NCBI RefSeq assembly: GCF_004010195.1
Contig: NC_057718.1
Location: 23,662,532 to 23,726,531, forward strand
Length of the DNA: 64,000 nt
Direction of reading: 5' to 3'
Origin: Chiloscyllium plagiosum
Taxonomy: Eukaryota
Of the stretch, positions 60,743 through 64,000 are shown one piece after another. Made by a program: the position numbers and the translations under genes. The first letter of the stretch is position 1. Each line of letters begins with the position of its first letter. The notes beneath the pieces were generated by a model. That model was given only the letters and a program-made list of their open reading frames with translations, did not search any database and was not told the DNA's origin.

Positions 60743-62887
60743 TGTGTGTTTGTGGTCCAATGTGACTGATCTTTGGAACTGTCTGACCTGCTGAGTTCCT
60801 GCAGCTCTTTTTGCTTTTGTTTCAGAGCTCCAGAATCTCCAGATTTTCCTATTACTGTAGTTATACCTGATCCCTGTCTTCTGTTGGTGTCAATACTCTG
60901 AGCAAAGACTCATGAGCAGTGACTCAGAATGATTTTGATCTATGAACTGAGACCCTCTGCCTTTACCTCATTTGGGACAAATACACTAAGTACATATTGG
61001 GGATGAAATCTGAAAGTTTGTTGATCTGGATGAAATTCATACGGTGTACTTCTTGAATAATATGTTTTATGTTTTGTACATTTCAGGCAATATTCGGTTG
61101 TAAAGTACTTTGGGACTTTGAAAGTTGTGTAGGATGTTGAGTAAATGGTTAACTGTACAAATATTCTAATAACTCCTGAGCACGTTGAGACCAGATATAA
61201 GAAGCCACTAATGGAGCTATGGTCCACCATGCTTCTGCTTAATAGTTTTAATCAATATTAAAAGTTTATACTTGCTATTGATTTTGGTCTTTGTATGATC
61301 TAAGCTCCCATACACTCATATGAATAAATTTATGGCTCTATCTCCTTGCTTCCCAATCCTTCTTTCACATGGTTGGCCAGAATATCTGTGGAACAGGTTT
61401 TTCCCAATATCCTCTCTTTATTCGATGGTGCATTTAGAGAGGGACATTGATAATATTGTCCTGTATGTAGGCTTTAGATTTACCTCCTTAGCACCTAAAT
61501 CTTGGGAATTTGCACACGCACTCTAAAGTGTTTCCAACAGAACATTCCAGATTATCACAGCTTGCTGTGTAAAATGAATTCTGCCCATCTCTCCACAGCA
61601 TATTTGTGTCCAATGATTGTCCACTCCACTGAATAGAAACCATATTTTCAATTCCCACTCTCAAAGCCCCTCATTATTTTGAATATCTCTGTTGAATCTC
61701 TCCCTGACCTGTTTGCCACTAAAACTGGAAAAGCAGTGATCTCCCTTGATCACTATTTCTTATGACATTGTAAGTGTTTTTTTGAATACATTTATGAGTT
61801 TGTTAGTAACAGTGAAGATTTAAAAACTAGCTGCCAGATTTATAATGTAATTGACACATAGCAACTTGGAGATGCCTCTACCTACCAAGTCAACATCACT
61901 AAAAGCAATTAATACAGAGTCATAGAGTTAAATAGTATGGAAACGGACCCTTCAGTCCAACTCATCCATGTGGACCAGCTGTTCCAATCTAAACTAGTCC
62001 CACTTACCTTAACAAGAAAACAATGATGAACTTGCAGATGAGTGAATAACTGACAAATGAATTTCAACACAGACAGAGGTCAGATGTATTATTTTAATGA
62101 GAGAAATAAAATGGGTAGGTCTTAGAAAATAGGAATCTGAGGGGGCTAGAGAGGCTAAGAGATCTGGAGTGGAATTTTATCCCCACTGACAGATTTGAAA
62201 TCTGGGTGTGCAGGGGTACGTTCAAACATTAATGACCATTTAAATACCTTATCCTGTCCCTGTCACTCTCTTCCTTACAGGGGGTGTAGGGTTGGGTGTG
62301 GTGGTTGCGGGAGTGGGGGTGAGGGGGAGGGGTGTGGTCCAGCAGCTTTAGCTGTAAGGGCTTGTGTCAGGTGAGAAGGGGACCTCTTTTGAGATTCCCC
62401 TATTCCCATCAGAGTAAACACCCACCCAAGGTTCTTTCATGACAACCTCTCCCATTCAGACCCCTAGAATGCCAATCTCCTCACTGATAGCCTGGACTTA
62501 CCTTTAATACACCCTTCATTTTCTCCTATTGTTCAAAAACCAACTGCAATCCCAGCAGGGGCAGAATATCTTGCCCTCTGTCAGTTAATGCCTGACAAAT
62601 GTTAAAGGCCTGCCATGCAGCCAGTATCAATGGGGATACATTCCCTGCAACATCTATGGATCGGGAGTGTGAAAACTTGCCATCGAGAAATTCCTGTCAC
62701 AAATTGTTAAAATAACAAAGGGAATGAGTAGAGCTATGGAAAAGAAAACAACCCAAGCTCTAGAGTTTATTTTTAGGAAAAGAGAATTGATGAATAGAGT
62801 GGTATGCATGCTATGCTTCTATCAAATTTTGGTTTGACCATTGTAGGAGAACTCAAGACAATCCTTCCTGACCATCATCTTATTTTA

Positions 62888-63460
62888 CTGGTCAGTGCAT
62901 TGCGTATGGGAGTTGGGATGTCATGTTGTGGCTGTACAGGACATTGGTTGGGTCACTTTAGGAATGCTGCGTACAATTCTGGTCACCTGCTATAAGAAAG
63001 ATTTACAAGGATATTGCCAGGGTTGGAGTGTTTGAGCTATAGGGAGAGGTTGAATAGTCTGGATTTATTTTCCTTGGAGCATTGGAGGCTGAGGGGTAAC
63101 CTTATAGAGATTTATAAAATCATGAGGGGCCTGTACAAGGTGAATAAGCAAGGTCTTTTTCCCAAGTTAGGTGAGTCCAAAACTAGAGGGCATAGGTTTA
63201 AGGTACAAGGAAAAATTTAAAAGGGAACTAAGGGGCAACTTTTTCACACAGAGGCTGGTGCATGTATGTAATGAGCTGCCAGAGGAGGTGGTGAAGGCTG
63301 GTACAATTGCAACATTTAAAAGGTATCTGGATGGGTATATGAATAGAAGGGGTTTAGAGGGATATAAGCCAAGTGCTAGCAAATGGGACTTGATCAGTTT
63401 AAGATATCTAGTCAGCATGGATGACTGTCTGTTTGTAAGCTGTATAACTCTGCCTTTATG
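62888..63460 (+). mobile_element. CR1/HER1 3' fragment
   Basis: ORFs 63014-63220 and 63171-63461 with LSYRERLNSL.LFSLE and LRGNFFTQR. Confidence 0.9.
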
Positions 63461-63461
63461 A

Positions 63462-63592
63462 CACTACCCTGAGAAACCCCTGCAGAGATGTCCTGGAGAT
63501 GAGATGACTGAACTTCAACAATTGCAGCCATCTTCCTATGTGGCAGATGTGACTCAAACCAGAGGATAGTTTGCCCCCGATTCCCATTGATC
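63462..63592 (-). mobile_element. L2/CR1-group RT fragment
   Basis: GNRGQTILWFESHL..RKM…ISAGVSQGSV in ORF 63412-63774; same family as 45580-46700. Confidence 0.7.
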
Positions 63593-64000
63593 CTTGTGGC
63601 GATCTTTCCCGTGGACCATCCTCTAAGACGCACACTGCCTACATTTCTGGTGGCTGCAAGTGTGCGACCAAGTGATGGTGTTGCATCTTCACAGTCATCC
63701 TCTTCTTGGTGTCCCTTGATGACTTGACAATGAACATGTCCTGAATTATCTGAAAGGTGAAAGGCACTGGGCAAAAGTCATGTCTGAAGTGATGAGATGA
63801 AAAAGAAGATCTTAATCTTCAAAATTTGTTCAGAGGTGGTGGATGTCTCTGACTAGGGAGAATTTATTTCTGATCCCTGATTGCCCTTGGGAAGGGTGGT
63901 ACACACTTTCCTCATTCCTGAATCACATCTAGAACTTTGTGTCTTACACTTGCATCTCAATAAAATAGCAGTCAGGTTCTAGCTATCTCCTTGATATATT

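Noticed and set aside
62165..62700. Possible Harbinger-type MITE (also 37240-37560, 40460-40900)
   Set aside because: GC-richer composition is suggestive, but convincing TIRs and TSDs could not be established by eye.

Overview
Eukaryotic, transposon-dense DNA with no recognisable host protein-coding gene, so intergenic or deep intronic. The repeats (HER1/CR1 LINEs, HE1-type SINEs, DeuSINE-like relics, abundant Penelope-like termini) point to a cartilaginous fish, most likely a shark. There are two assembly gaps (18956-19158, 48931-49771). Nearly all long ORFs are retroelement pieces, their antisense shadows, or simple repeats. The most unusual structure lies in a decayed Gypsy LTR retrotransposon (5266-11615, TSD GCCAT). 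Its 5' LTR is split by a ~2.3 kb stack of five A-tailed cassettes, each delimited by a copy of the same LTR motif GAAACAGGAGTG. Two cassettes are 3' ends of a Tx1-clade LINE and one resembles a captured polyadenylated cellular 3' end, suggesting a site-specific retrotransposon repeatedly writing RNAs into one LTR site. Also notable: a CR1 copy with ORF1 fused in frame to the RT at the window edge, many hammerhead-ribozyme cores in Penelope-like termini, and a 94-bp target duplication around a 58-bp Penelope fragment. Family names come from motif recognition only, without database searches. Boundaries of old elements are approximate.
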